From Clostridia bacterium (lineage in GTDB: Bacteria; Bacillota; Clostridia; Oscillospirales; CAG-272): a DNA stretch of 64,000 nt. The stretch lies in assembly GCA_017451735.1 (NCBI GenBank), contig JAFTNU010000034.1, positions 3,519 to 67,518 on the forward strand, read 5' to 3'. Shown here one piece after another: positions 10,033 through 19,161 of this stretch. Both the position numbers and the translations under genes were made by a program. The notes under the pieces were generated by a model that did not search any database, was not told the origin of the DNA, and saw nothing but the letters and a program-made list of their open reading frames with translations. How positions within the stretch are numbered: position 1 is the stretch's first letter; every line of letters begins with the position of its first letter.

Positions 10033-11283
10033 ATGACAACCTGTTATGAATGGGCAAAGCAAAAATATGCGGCTCTTGGTGTAGATACCGATGCAGCCAT
10101 CGAAGCACTTAAAAATTACGCCATCTCCATGCACTGCTGGCAGGGCGATGATGTACGCGGATTCGACACCAAGGAAGCACTTTCCGGCGGTATTCAGACC
10201 ACAGGTAATTATCCCGGCCGCGCCACCACGCCCGAGGAGCTGATGGCCGATATGGATAAGGCCCTGTCCTTGATCGGCGGTAAACACAAGATCAATCTGC
10301 ACGCCAGCTATGCCATTTTCGAAAAAGGCGAATTTGCCGACCGTAACAAGCTGGAGCCAAAGCACTTTCAGCGTTGGGTGACTTACGCCAAGGAGCGCGG
10401 TATGGGAATTGACTTCAACCCTACGTTCTTTTCTCATCCCATGGCGGCATCGGGCTTGACCCTTTCCTCGCCCGATGAAAAAATCCGTTCCTTCTGGGTG
10501 GAGCACGGCAAGGCCTGCATCCGCATTTCCGAGTATTTTGCCAACGAGACGGGCATTCCCTGTGTGATGAACATCTGGATTCCCGACGGCTACAAGGATA
10601 CCCCTGCCGACCGTATGGGACCCCGTGCCCGTTTTGCCAAATCTCTTGATGAGATTCTGTCCATTCCTTATGATAAGAAAAAGGTGCTGGTTTGTCTGGA
10701 ATCCAAGGTGTTCGGCATCGGTGTGGAGTCCTACACCGTGGGATCTGCCGAGTTTACGATGAACTATGTGGCAAAGAATGGCTTGGTGCCCTTGATGGAC
10801 AATGGTCATTATCATCCAACCGAGGTTGTTTCCGATAAGCTTTCCTCCATGTTCCTTTTTAACGATAAGGTGGCTCTTCACGTGACCCGCGGTGTCCGTT
10901 GGGACAGCGACCATGTGGTGCGTCTGGACGACGAGACCCGTGAGATCGCCAAGGAATTGGTAGCATCGGGACGTATGAACGATGTTGCGCTGGCGCTTGA
11001 CTTTTTTGATGCCAGCATCAACCGCGTGGCCGCTTGGGTCATTGGCATGCGCAATATGCAACGAGCATTGCTCGGTGCATTGCTTCAGCCCCATGCTGCA
11101 TGGAAAAAATTGCAGGACGAAGGGAAGTATACCGATCTGCTGGTGATGAGCGAGGAGATCAAGTCTTACCCCGAGTGTATCGTTTGGGAGGAGTTCTGCA
11201 ACCGTTGCGGTGTACCTTCCGACGAAAAATGGTTTGCCGAGGTAAAAAAATACGAGGAGACCGTACTCTCCAAGCGTGCATAA
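10033..11283 (+). CDS. rhaA: L-rhamnose isomerase
   Basis: The AISMHCWQGDDVRGF motif and ~417-aa length match the E. coli-type RhaA. ATG 10033 is preceded by AAGGGGGA. Confidence 0.9.
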   Translation: MTTCYEWAKQKYAALGVDTDAAIEALKNYAISMHCWQGDDVRGFDTKEALSGGIQTTGNYPGRATTPEELMADMDKALSLIGGKHKINLHASYAIFEKGEFADRNKLEPKHFQRWVTYAKERGMGIDFNPTFFSHPMAASGLTLSSPDEKIRSFWVEHGKACIRISEYFANETGIPCVMNIWIPDGYKDTPADRMGPRARFAKSLDEILSIPYDKKKVLVCLESKVFGIGVESYTVGSAEFTMNYVAKNGLVPLMDNGHYHPTEVVSDKLSSMFLFNDKVALHVTRGVRWDSDHVVRLDDETREIAKELVASGRMNDVALALDFFDASINRVAAWVIGMRNMQRALLGALLQPHAAWKKLQDEGKYTDLLVMSEEIKSYPECIVWEEFCNRCGVPSDEKWFAEVKKYEETVLSKRA

Positions 11284-11351
11284 ATCAACAAAAGCAAAGA
11301 AATGAAAAGCGAAAATCGCTTTCATAATAGAAAAAAGGATGGTGCTTTCAA

Positions 11352-12497
11352 ATGAATCGTTTTGTATTGAATGAGACCTCTTATCACGGCGCCGGCGCGA
11401 TCACGGTCGTTCCGGAGGAGATCAAGAATCGCGGATTCAAAAAGGTCTTCGTTGCCTCCGATCCCGACCTGATCAAATTTGGCGTGACTGCCAAGGTCAC
11501 CGATCTTCTGGACGCCGCCAAGATCCCGTACACGGTTTACTCCGATATCAAGCCTAATCCCACCATCGAGAATGTGCAGAACGGTGTGGCCGCCTTCAAA
11601 GCGGCCGGTGCAGATTGCATCGTAGCCATCGGCGGCGGCTCCTCTATGGATACCTCCAAGGCCATCGGCATCGTGGTCGCCAACCCCGAGTTTGAAGACA
11701 TCCGTTCTCTGGAGGGTGTTGCTCCCACCAAAAAGCCCTGTGTTCCGATCATTGCCGTTCCCACAACTGCAGGTACTGCCGCAGAGGTGACTATCAACTA
11801 TGTGATCACCGATGTGGAGAAAAAGCGCAAGTTTGTTTGTGTTGATGTGCACGACATCCCCGTGGTTGCTGTGGTTGACCCCGAAATGATGTCCTCCATG
11901 CCCAAGGGTCTGACTGCCGCCACCGGTATGGATGCACTGACGCATGCCATCGAAGGATATATTACCAAAGGTGCCTGGGAGCTTTCCGATATGTTCCATA
12001 TCAAAGCCATCGAGATCATCGCCAAGAGTCTGCGCGGTGCCGTTGCCAACACCAAAGAGGGCAGAGAAGGCATGGCACTCGGTCAGTATGTGGCCGGCAT
12101 GGGCTTTTCTAACGTGGGGCTTGGTGTTGATCACTCCATGGCGCACACGCTCTCTGCATACTATGATATGCCTCACGGCAAGGCTTGCGCAACGCTTTTG
12201 CCCACGGTTATGGCCTATAATGCCGATTATACCGGTGAGAAGTATCGCGAGATCGCCCGTGCCATGGGTGTGAAGGGCGTGGACGATATGACTGCGGCCG
12301 AATACCGCAAGGCTGCCGTGGATGCCGTCCGTCAGTTGGCAGAGGATGTGGGCATTCAATGCTCGCTGAAGGGCGTCCTCAAGGAGGAGGACATCCCCGC
12401 TCTGGCCCGCGATGCGTTTGCGGACGCTTGCTGTCCCGGTAACCCCCGCGAGACCAGCGAGACTGAGATCGCCGAGCTGTACCGTAGCTTGCTTTGA
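11352..12497 (+). CDS. fucO: Lactaldehyde reductase (iron-containing alcohol dehydrogenase)
   Basis: N-terminus MNRFVLNETSYHGAGAI, GGGSSMDTSKAIG, and His-rich metal site (HSMAHTLSAYYDMPHG) are typical of FucO. Lies immediately after rhaA. Confidence 0.85.
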   Translation: MNRFVLNETSYHGAGAITVVPEEIKNRGFKKVFVASDPDLIKFGVTAKVTDLLDAAKIPYTVYSDIKPNPTIENVQNGVAAFKAAGADCIVAIGGGSSMDTSKAIGIVVANPEFEDIRSLEGVAPTKKPCVPIIAVPTTAGTAAEVTINYVITDVEKKRKFVCVDVHDIPVVAVVDPEMMSSMPKGLTAATGMDALTHAIEGYITKGAWELSDMFHIKAIEIIAKSLRGAVANTKEGREGMALGQYVAGMGFSNVGLGVDHSMAHTLSAYYDMPHGKACATLLPTVMAYNADYTGEKYREIARAMGVKGVDDMTAAEYRKAAVDAVRQLAEDVGIQCSLKGVLKEEDIPALARDAFADACCPGNPRETSETEIAELYRSLL

Positions 12498-12516
12498 TCC
12501 AAGCATCATAAATTTC

Positions 12517-12545
12517 AAAAGGGCTGCTGCAGCAGCCCTTTTTCT
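12517..12545 (+). terminator. Intrinsic terminator after fucO
   Basis: AAAAGGGCTGC-TGCA-GCAGCCCTTTTT hairpin with a T-run. Confidence 0.7.
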
Positions 12546-12649
12546 ATAAAAATCCTACATGGAATGCAGCATTGCAGCAGATATTTTATATTGACCGTAA
12601 GGGAAAAGTATGTTAAAGTTATGTTGAATCTCTTGTAAGGAGGCAAAGG

Positions 12650-15445
12650 ATGGCTTTTTCAAGAAAACATTTCAACATGGATATGGATTGGCGGTTTCAT
12701 CGGGGCGATTATGTGGATGAGGTCGCAAAAGCAAAAGGGCACTCGGCAATTTACAACAGCACCAAATCGGGCGGAGCAACAGGACCTGCAACCAAGCGCG
12801 CGTTTGACGATAGCGAATGGGAACAGGTGAATTTGCCCCACGATTATATGCGCGAGGCGGAATTTTCGCCCGATGCCGCAGGAAACCACGGTGGCCGCAT
12901 CAAATGTAACGGCTGGTATCGCAAGACCTTTACGGTGGATGGATCACTGGCCGGCAAGCACGCCATGCTGGTGTTTGACGGTATTTCCACCTCCTCGGTG
13001 ATCTTTCTGAACGGTTCGGTTATGGAGCGGTCATTCAGTGTTTATTCCGAGATCGCCGTAGATGTGACCGATCGCCTTTACTATGATCGCATCAATACGC
13101 TGGCCGTTTATACCAAGGGAGACGATACTGAGGGCTGGTGGTATGAGGGGGCGGGAATTTACCGCCATGTGCACCTCTATATCAAGGATGATATCCATAT
13201 CGCTCACAACGGCATCTGGGCCAAGCCTGTGCCGGTGGATCCAGACAAAAACGAATGGAAGATCGAATTGGAGACCACACTGGAAAACTCCTTCTATGAA
13301 GAAGGAAGGGCGTCGGTATTGGCACGGCTATATGACGGCGAAACGCTGATCGCAGAAGGAGCAAGCGATGAGATCTGCTGCGATTCGGACAACATCACTG
13401 CCGTCAATTGTGTGCTTTCTGTTTCCGATCCCGAACGGTGGGATGTAGATTCGCCCAAGCTCTATACCTTAAAGGCAGAGGTCTTACGAAACGGGGAGAC
13501 TGTGGATAGCGACAGCGTTCGCATCGGCTTCCGCACGTTTTACATGGATGCCAAGAAGGGGGTTTTCCTCAATGACCGTCCCTTGAAGATCAAGGGAACA
13601 TGCAACCATCAGGATCACGCCGGCGTTGGTGTAGCTGTGCCCGATTCGATCCAATATTACCGCATCCGTCGGCTGAAGGAAATGGGCACCAATGCCTACC
13701 GTTGCTCCCATAATCCGCCCGCCAAGGAGATTCTGGACGCCTGCGACGAGTATGGCCTGATCGTAATGGATGAAAATCGCAACTTCGAAACCCGTCACGA
13801 TGCCATCCGTAATTTGGAAACTCTGATCCGTCGGGACCGCAATCATCCTTGCGTACTGTTCTATTCTTTATTTAACGAGGAGCCATTGCAAAACAGTGCC
13901 GAGGGGCGTAATATCTTCCGCCGCCTGAAAAGTCGTGCCAAGCGTCTTGACGATACCCGTTTGTATCTGGGTGCGGTCAATGACACCTTCCATCCCGGTG
14001 GAACGGGCGAGGATATGGATGTGCTGGGACTGAATTACGGACTTGGCAGAATAGATGCCATTCGCAAAGAATGGCCGGATAAACCCTTGATGGGCAGTGA
14101 GAACAACAGTGCCGTTACCACCCGCGGATGCTACCGCAGTGACAGGGAAGATGCGCATGTGCTAAATAACTATGACGAGGAGGTGGTGCCGTGGGGCGCA
14201 TCGGTACGTGAGAATTGGCGTGCGGTACGGGAGCACGATGATTTTGCAGGCGTCTTTCTCTGGACAGGCTTTGACTATCGCGGAGAGCCGACTCCCTTTA
14301 CCTGGCCCTCCTGCTCCTCTCAGTTTGGCATTATGGATACCTGCGGGTTCCCCAAGGACTCTTACTATTTCAACCGAGCGACTTTTACAGAGAAGCCGAT
14401 GCTTCACATTCTTCCGCATTGGAATTGGAAGGCAGGGGAGACCGTGCGCGTCATGACAGTGAGCAACTGTGATGAGGTGGAGCTATTCCTGAACGGCAGA
14501 TCCTTGGGAAGATATGAAAACGACATCTGCGAGCAGCACGAGTGGCAGGTAGCTTTTGAGCCCGGCGTGCTCTCTGCTATCGGATACCGGGCAGGAAAAG
14601 CCGTAGTCACAGCCGAAAACAAGACCGCCGGCGCGCCTGTTGCAGTAAAGCTGGTGGCAGACCGCACCGTGCTTGATAATTGCGGACAGGACACAGTCCC
14701 CGTTCGTGTTGCCGTAGTCGATGAGCAGGGCGTTGAGATTCCCACCGCCGATCATCTGATTCGCTTTGAGATCGAGGGTGACGGCTTTGTGCGCGGCGTC
14801 GGCAACGGCGACCCCAACAGCCATGAACCGGATCATCTGCCTTACCGTCATCTGTACTGCGGTCTGTGCCAAGTACTGGTGACCGCTAAGCTTGGCGGCA
14901 AGATGTTGAAGCTGATCGCACACAGTGATGGGCTGGCAAGCGCAGAGGTGAGCTTTGAGATCAAGGATACGCCCGCTCCCGATTATATTTTCTCCAAGCC
15001 TAACCGGGCGGTAACCGGTATTTTGGCAGCGGTGAACAATTCGCCAGAAAAGCCCGATCCCGCCAAGGTGTACGGTGACGATGACATGAATAGCTTTGCA
15101 CCCATGATTCTGGAAAAGAGCTCCTTTAACAACTATGCCCCTAAGGGCTTCAATGAAGGGTGGCGAGATTTCCGCATCCCGGTTGTTCTGCCCAAGGTCG
15201 TTCCAGAAGGGAAGATCCCCGCGTTGGAGATCGCATCCATCATTTGCGAGGTGGCGGAATTCTATGTGGACGGAAAATTGATCCTCCGGGCCACCCCCGA
15301 ATATAAGGCCTCGCTGACCGTGCCTTGCGATGTACAGGAGAAAGGGGAGTTTGAAGTCCGCGCGCTCCTGAAAGCAAGAGAGAATGCAACCTCTACCAAC
15401 GGCTTTGGCCTTGGCATCACGCTTTCCATGATCGACCGCCGATAA
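12650..15445 (+). CDS. Glycoside hydrolase family 2 (beta-galactosidase/beta-glucuronidase family)
   Basis: MDWRFHRGD start; NHQDHAGVG, CSHNPPAKEILDACDEYGLIVMDE and WTGFDYRGEP motifs. 931 aa, no signal peptide. Confidence 0.85.
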   Translation: MAFSRKHFNMDMDWRFHRGDYVDEVAKAKGHSAIYNSTKSGGATGPATKRAFDDSEWEQVNLPHDYMREAEFSPDAAGNHGGRIKCNGWYRKTFTVDGSLAGKHAMLVFDGISTSSVIFLNGSVMERSFSVYSEIAVDVTDRLYYDRINTLAVYTKGDDTEGWWYEGAGIYRHVHLYIKDDIHIAHNGIWAKPVPVDPDKNEWKIELETTLENSFYEEGRASVLARLYDGETLIAEGASDEICCDSDNITAVNCVLSVSDPERWDVDSPKLYTLKAEVLRNGETVDSDSVRIGFRTFYMDAKKGVFLNDRPLKIKGTCNHQDHAGVGVAVPDSIQYYRIRRLKEMGTNAYRCSHNPPAKEILDACDEYGLIVMDENRNFETRHDAIRNLETLIRRDRNHPCVLFYSLFNEEPLQNSAEGRNIFRRLKSRAKRLDDTRLYLGAVNDTFHPGGTGEDMDVLGLNYGLGRIDAIRKEWPDKPLMGSENNSAVTTRGCYRSDREDAHVLNNYDEEVVPWGASVRENWRAVREHDDFAGVFLWTGFDYRGEPTPFTWPSCSSQFGIMDTCGFPKDSYYFNRATFTEKPMLHILPHWNWKAGETVRVMTVSNCDEVELFLNGRSLGRYENDICEQHEWQVAFEPGVLSAIGYRAGKAVVTAENKTAGAPVAVKLVADRTVLDNCGQDTVPVRVAVVDEQGVEIPTADHLIRFEIEGDGFVRGVGNGDPNSHEPDHLPYRHLYCGLCQVLVTAKLGGKMLKLIAHSDGLASAEVSFEIKDTPAPDYIFSKPNRAVTGILAAVNNSPEKPDPAKVYGDDDMNSFAPMILEKSSFNNYAPKGFNEGWRDFRIPVVLPKVVPEGKIPALEIASIICEVAEFYVDGKLILRATPEYKASLTVPCDVQEKGEFEVRALLKARENATSTNGFGLGITLSMIDRR

Positions 15446-15451
15446 CCGACA

Positions 15452-15486
15452 AAGCCCTCGCCTCGACATAGTCGAGGCGAGGGCTT
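15452..15486. terminator. Bidirectional intrinsic terminator
   Basis: 16-bp perfect stem AAGCCCTCGCCTCGAC / GTCGAGGCGAGGGCTT with loop ATA, between the convergent GH2 and CNNM genes. Confidence 0.75.
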
Positions 15487-15489
15487 GCT

Positions 15490-16821
15490 TTATTCTTCGT
15501 GTTGTTCTTCGTTCTCTTGGGATTCTGCAGGTGCCAGCTTACGTATCACGGCGCTTTCCACCTGATGATCCTGTACATTATCCACGGCAATGGAAAGCTG
15601 CTCGGTCTCTACCGAAAAGCTTGTGCCGTCGGCGGGAATGGAGCCTAATTTTGCCAGGGCAAGACCGCCGATGGTATCACAATCCTCATGGGGAATTTCA
15701 ATGCTCAGCTCTTTTTCAATATCGTCAAGGGATACAGAGCCGAGCACACGCCAGGATCCGTCCTCCAAGGGCTCGATCTCCAGCTCCTGCTCTATGGGCG
15801 TTTCCTCGTCGGTGAGGTCGCCCACCAAGCGCTCGATCAGGTCGTTCATGGTGACGATACCCAGCATACCGCCGTATTCATCCAGCACGACGGCAAGCGA
15901 GACACGTTCTTTTTTCATGTTGTGGAATAAGAGATCAGCCTTGACACCGTCGGGCACGAAGTAAGCGGGACGTACCGCCTCGCGCATGACCGTTTCACGG
16001 TCGGTGGAGGGCAGGCGAAAATAATCCTTTGTATTGAGAATACCTACGACCTTATCCACGCTTTCCTCGCAGACGGGATAAAGAGTAAAACGGTTTTCCT
16101 TGATCGTCTTGTCCCATTCCGCGGGAGTCTCCTCCGTCCAGAGCATGATGACATCGGTACGGTGAGTGGCGATCTCACCGGCGGTCAGATCGTCAAATTC
16201 AAAAATATTCTGGATCAGCTCTTTTTCTTCATCATCAATAGAGCCTTGCTTTGTACCGGCATCCACCATCAGCTTGATATCCTCCTCGCTGACATCCTCA
16301 TCGGTGGCATTGGGATCGATATGAAACAGACGCAAAATACCGTTGGTGGAGGCCGTAAGTAGGGAAACAAGAGGGGCAAATACCTTGGAAATAGCGTAAA
16401 CCAGGCCGGAAATACCGAGGGCAAGCGATTCTGCCTTGCGTTGTGCGATTCGCTTGGGAACCAACTCACCGAAAATCAGAGTGAAGAAAGAGAGAATGAT
16501 CGTGATCAGAACCACGATGATCGCCTCGGGAATCAATACGCCAAGACCGTGCAGCCAATGAACCAGCGGATCGGCAAAGTTATCGGCAGCAAAGGCGGAG
16601 CCTAAAAAGCCCGAAAGGGTAATGGCCACCTGAATGGTTGCAAGAAAACGGGCAGGCTGAGCCGTCAGCTTGAGCAAGCGCTTGGCGCGCTTGTCTCCCT
16701 TTTCTGCAAGCTGCTCCAGCTTGGCGGGCGTGGTACTGATAACCGCGATCTCGGCACAGGCAAAAATGGCATTCAACGCAATCAAAAAAATCTGCAATAG
16801 TAGCATGAAAGCTATGTTCAT
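15490..16821 (-). CDS. Hemolysin-family / CNNM-CorC type membrane protein (DUF21-CBS pair-CorC_HlyC)
   Basis: N-terminal DUF21 TM region with ELVPKRIA, a CBS pair, and a C-terminal CorC_HlyC-like domain. ATG 16821 lies 9 nt after AAAGGAG. The TTG 16860 start in the ORF track sits inside the terminator U-run, so I rejected it. Confidence 0.85.
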   Translation of the reverse strand: MNIAFMLLLQIFLIALNAIFACAEIAVISTTPAKLEQLAEKGDKRAKRLLKLTAQPARFLATIQVAITLSGFLGSAFAADNFADPLVHWLHGLGVLIPEAIIVVLITIILSFFTLIFGELVPKRIAQRKAESLALGISGLVYAISKVFAPLVSLLTASTNGILRLFHIDPNATDEDVSEEDIKLMVDAGTKQGSIDDEEKELIQNIFEFDDLTAGEIATHRTDVIMLWTEETPAEWDKTIKENRFTLYPVCEESVDKVVGILNTKDYFRLPSTDRETVMREAVRPAYFVPDGVKADLLFHNMKKERVSLAVVLDEYGGMLGIVTMNDLIERLVGDLTDEETPIEQELEIEPLEDGSWRVLGSVSLDDIEKELSIEIPHEDCDTIGGLALAKLGSIPADGTSFSVETEQLSIAVDNVQDHQVESAVIRKLAPAESQENEEQHEE

Positions 16822-16858
16822 CAAAAATAACTCCTTTACAATTTTGAAATTTGGGCGC

Positions 16859-16911
16859 AAAAAAAGGCATAACCGTAAAAAGGCTTACTCAAAAAGCCAC
16901 AGGTTATGTCC
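16859..16911 (-). terminator. Leader (attenuator) terminator in the 5' UTR of the CNNM/CorC gene
   Basis: Minus strand reads GGACATAACC...GGCTT-TTTGAGT-AAGCC...GGTTATGCC followed by TTTTTTT, ending ~40 nt before the start codon. Confidence 0.6.
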
Positions 16912-17018
16912 GTTATCACGTCCGTTCCTTTGTAAAGGGGGTTCTTCGCGATTTTGGGTACAACTGTCGGTATCCATCAGAGAAAATGCGGTCTCCTTTC
17001 TGATCATTTTTTATTTTA

Positions 17019-17047
17019 ATTATAACCGAAATTCGGCCGATTGTCAA
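17019..17047 (-). promoter_or_regulatory. Consensus sigma-A promoter (TTGACA-17-TATAAT) for the CNNM/CorC leader
   Basis: Minus strand has TTGACA (17047-17042), a 17-nt spacer, and TATAAT (17024-19). Confidence 0.65.
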
Positions 17048-17240
17048 AACCGTTTGGAAGCTGTGGCAGGCGGATTTGAATGAAATTCGTTCAAAAAGGC
17101 GGATTAGTGATCCGCAAACGGCGTTTTTCTCGTTTTTGACGCAATAATTCGTGAAAAATCTTCTTTTGAAAGGACTTGACGGTCTTATGGGAAGAGAGTA
17201 TAATGGATAAGCAAGCAAAACATAAGAAAAGGGGAGCTAT

Positions 17241-17981
17241 ATGCACATTCAGGATAAGATTCATATGGATCGGGCGGGCCTGGAGAAATACGGTCCCATT
17301 ACCATTGTTGCATTCGGTGACAGCGTCACGCACGGGGCATTGAAGGGCGGTGAGATCAACTATGAAACGGTTTACTGGAACCGCCTGCGCCGCAAGCTGA
17401 ATGCCGTACACAATTACGTACCCGTCAATGTGATCAACGCTGCTATCGGCGGCACCACAGCCAAGGCATCCCTTGCCCGCTTGGATAGTCAGGTGCTGAA
17501 GCATGAGCCGGATCTGGTGATTGTTTGCTTCGGCTTGAATGATGTAAACAAGGAGTTATCTGATTTTTTGAATGCCTTGCGTGAGATCTTCGGCCGTTGC
17601 CTTGCAAGCGGCGCAGACGTGATTTACATGACGCCGAATATGCTGAACACCCATGTGGCAGAGGATACCGAACAAAAATGGCTGGAATACGCCGCCAAAA
17701 CGGCCGCCATGCAAAACGAGGGTAAAATGGACCGATTTATGGAAGGTGCCTGCGCATTGGCTCGTGAAATGGGTGTAACCGTTTGCGATTGCTATGCCGC
17801 CTGGAAGGAAAGAAGCAAGACCGAGGATGTAACCGCACTGCTGTGCAATCGCATCAACCACCCCACCGCCGAGATGCATGAGCTTTTTGCCGATATGCTG
17901 TTCAAAACTATTTTTGCGGGTACCGACCAAAAGCCTGCTTCCACTCTCGAGAGCACCATGTACAAAGGAGAAAGAGTATGA
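17241..17981 (+). CDS. SGNH/GDSL family hydrolase
   Basis: Block I IVAFGDSVTHG, later GLNDV, and a C-terminal NHPT (DxxH-like) block. Confidence 0.8.
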   Translation: MHIQDKIHMDRAGLEKYGPITIVAFGDSVTHGALKGGEINYETVYWNRLRRKLNAVHNYVPVNVINAAIGGTTAKASLARLDSQVLKHEPDLVIVCFGLNDVNKELSDFLNALREIFGRCLASGADVIYMTPNMLNTHVAEDTEQKWLEYAAKTAAMQNEGKMDRFMEGACALAREMGVTVCDCYAAWKERSKTEDVTALLCNRINHPTAEMHELFADMLFKTIFAGTDQKPASTLESTMYKGERV

Positions 17982-19123
17982 ATTTTCAATATTTGACCGA
18001 ATATATCGATAATCTTTTTGAATCGGAGGGCATCCCGTCCCGTGATATCATCGTGTATCAGAAGGGCAAGGAAATCTACCGTCACAGTGCAGGCTATCAG
18101 GATCTTGCCACGGGTGAACCCATCCGCCGTGATGCCCTGTATTTTATGTATTCGGCATCCAAGCTTCTGACCATCGTGGCCACGATGCAGCTGTTGGAGC
18201 GCGGGAAAATTCTGTTACAGGAAAAGGTCTCCAAATATCTGCCGGAATACAGCAATCTCAAGGTCAAAGCCATGGATGAAAGAGGAAATGCCACCACGGT
18301 GCCCGCTCGGCATTCCTTGCGCATCTGGAACCTGATGACCATGACCTCCGGCATCGCATATAACACCAAGGCACCGGAAATTCTGGCCTGCATGGAGGAG
18401 CACAACGGAGCCCCCACCACGGCGGATATCATCAAGGCTTTTGCCGTAAGGCCTCTTAATTTTCATCCCAGTGAGCATTGGATGTACGGCTTTTCGCATG
18501 ATGTGTTGGCCCGTGTGATCGAGGTGGTCACGGGCGAATCCTTTGGGGACTATGTCAAAAAGAATATTTTTGATCCCATAGGCATGACAAACTCTTACTA
18601 TCATCTCACCGATGATCTGCGCCCCCGTATGGCGGCCCAATATAAGTTTGATGCAGAACTGGGAAAAGCCGTAGATGTGGGACTGAACAATGCTCACATC
18701 TTTGGCCCAAAATTCGAAAGCGGTGGGGCAGGGTGCATCTCCTGTCTGGATGATTATATTTTATTTGCCGAAACGCTGACCCACAAGGGTGTTGCCCCCA
18801 ACGGGAATCGCATTTTGTCTGAACGCGCGGTGGATCTGATGCGTTCCGATTGCCTGGATGACCGAACACGCCCCGATTTCAATTGGGAGGCCTTTGTGGG
18901 CTACGGCTACGGATTCGGCGTGCGGACCTTCATCAGTCCCGCCAAGGGAGGCTCGCTGACCTCGTTGGGCGAATTTGCTTGGGGCGGCGCTGCCGGCGCC
19001 TATGTGCATTGTGACCCCGAAAAGGAGATATCGATCGTCTATCTTCAGCATATGCTCAACAACAAGGAACCCATCGTCCACCCAAGACTTCGTAATCTGG
19101 TCTACGCGGCTTTGGATTATTAA
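17978..19123 (+). CDS. Serine hydrolase, beta-lactamase (class C/PBP4*-like) family
   Basis: SxxK motif YSASKLLT. ~380 aa. The start overlaps the upstream stop (ATGA). Confidence 0.8.
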   Translation: MNFQYLTEYIDNLFESEGIPSRDIIVYQKGKEIYRHSAGYQDLATGEPIRRDALYFMYSASKLLTIVATMQLLERGKILLQEKVSKYLPEYSNLKVKAMDERGNATTVPARHSLRIWNLMTMTSGIAYNTKAPEILACMEEHNGAPTTADIIKAFAVRPLNFHPSEHWMYGFSHDVLARVIEVVTGESFGDYVKKNIFDPIGMTNSYYHLTDDLRPRMAAQYKFDAELGKAVDVGLNNAHIFGPKFESGGAGCISCLDDYILFAETLTHKGVAPNGNRILSERAVDLMRSDCLDDRTRPDFNWEAFVGYGYGFGVRTFISPAKGGSLTSLGEFAWGGAAGAYVHCDPEKEISIVYLQHMLNNKEPIVHPRLRNLVYAALDY

Positions 19124-19124
19124 G

Positions 19125-19160
19125 AAAAACAGGAACACCCCGCGGGGTGTTCCTGTTTTT
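19125..19160. terminator. Bidirectional intrinsic terminator
   Basis: 17-bp perfect stem AAAAACAGGAACACCCC / GGGGTGTTCCTGTTTTT, between the convergent serine hydrolase gene and purA. Confidence 0.8.
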
Positions 19161-19161
19161 C

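Noticed and set aside
9970-12518. Very long antisense ORFs opposite rhaA (451 aa) and fucO (398 aa). Similar ones lie opposite purA (19147..20427), tig (30362..31900), GH42 (4803..6020), DUF2264 (6950..8113), pcrA (39967..41094), secA (44139..45116) and apgM (23075..24169).
   Set aside because: Each mirrors a gene with unmistakable family motifs on the other strand. They have low-complexity G/L/H/V-rich translations and no RBS. They are the expected stop-poor shadow frames of GC-rich, codon-biased genes.
16912-17012. Tried to assign the CNNM leader to the M-box, yybP-ykoY (Mn2+) or fluoride riboswitch classes.
   Set aside because: The conserved cores I remember are not present in the right order: GUUAGGUGAGGCU and GGGUCAACAG for the M-box, GGGGAGUAG ... 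UUGACAUA for yybP-ykoY, and the GGCGAUGG...UCGCC helix for fluoride. I left the class unassigned rather than guess.
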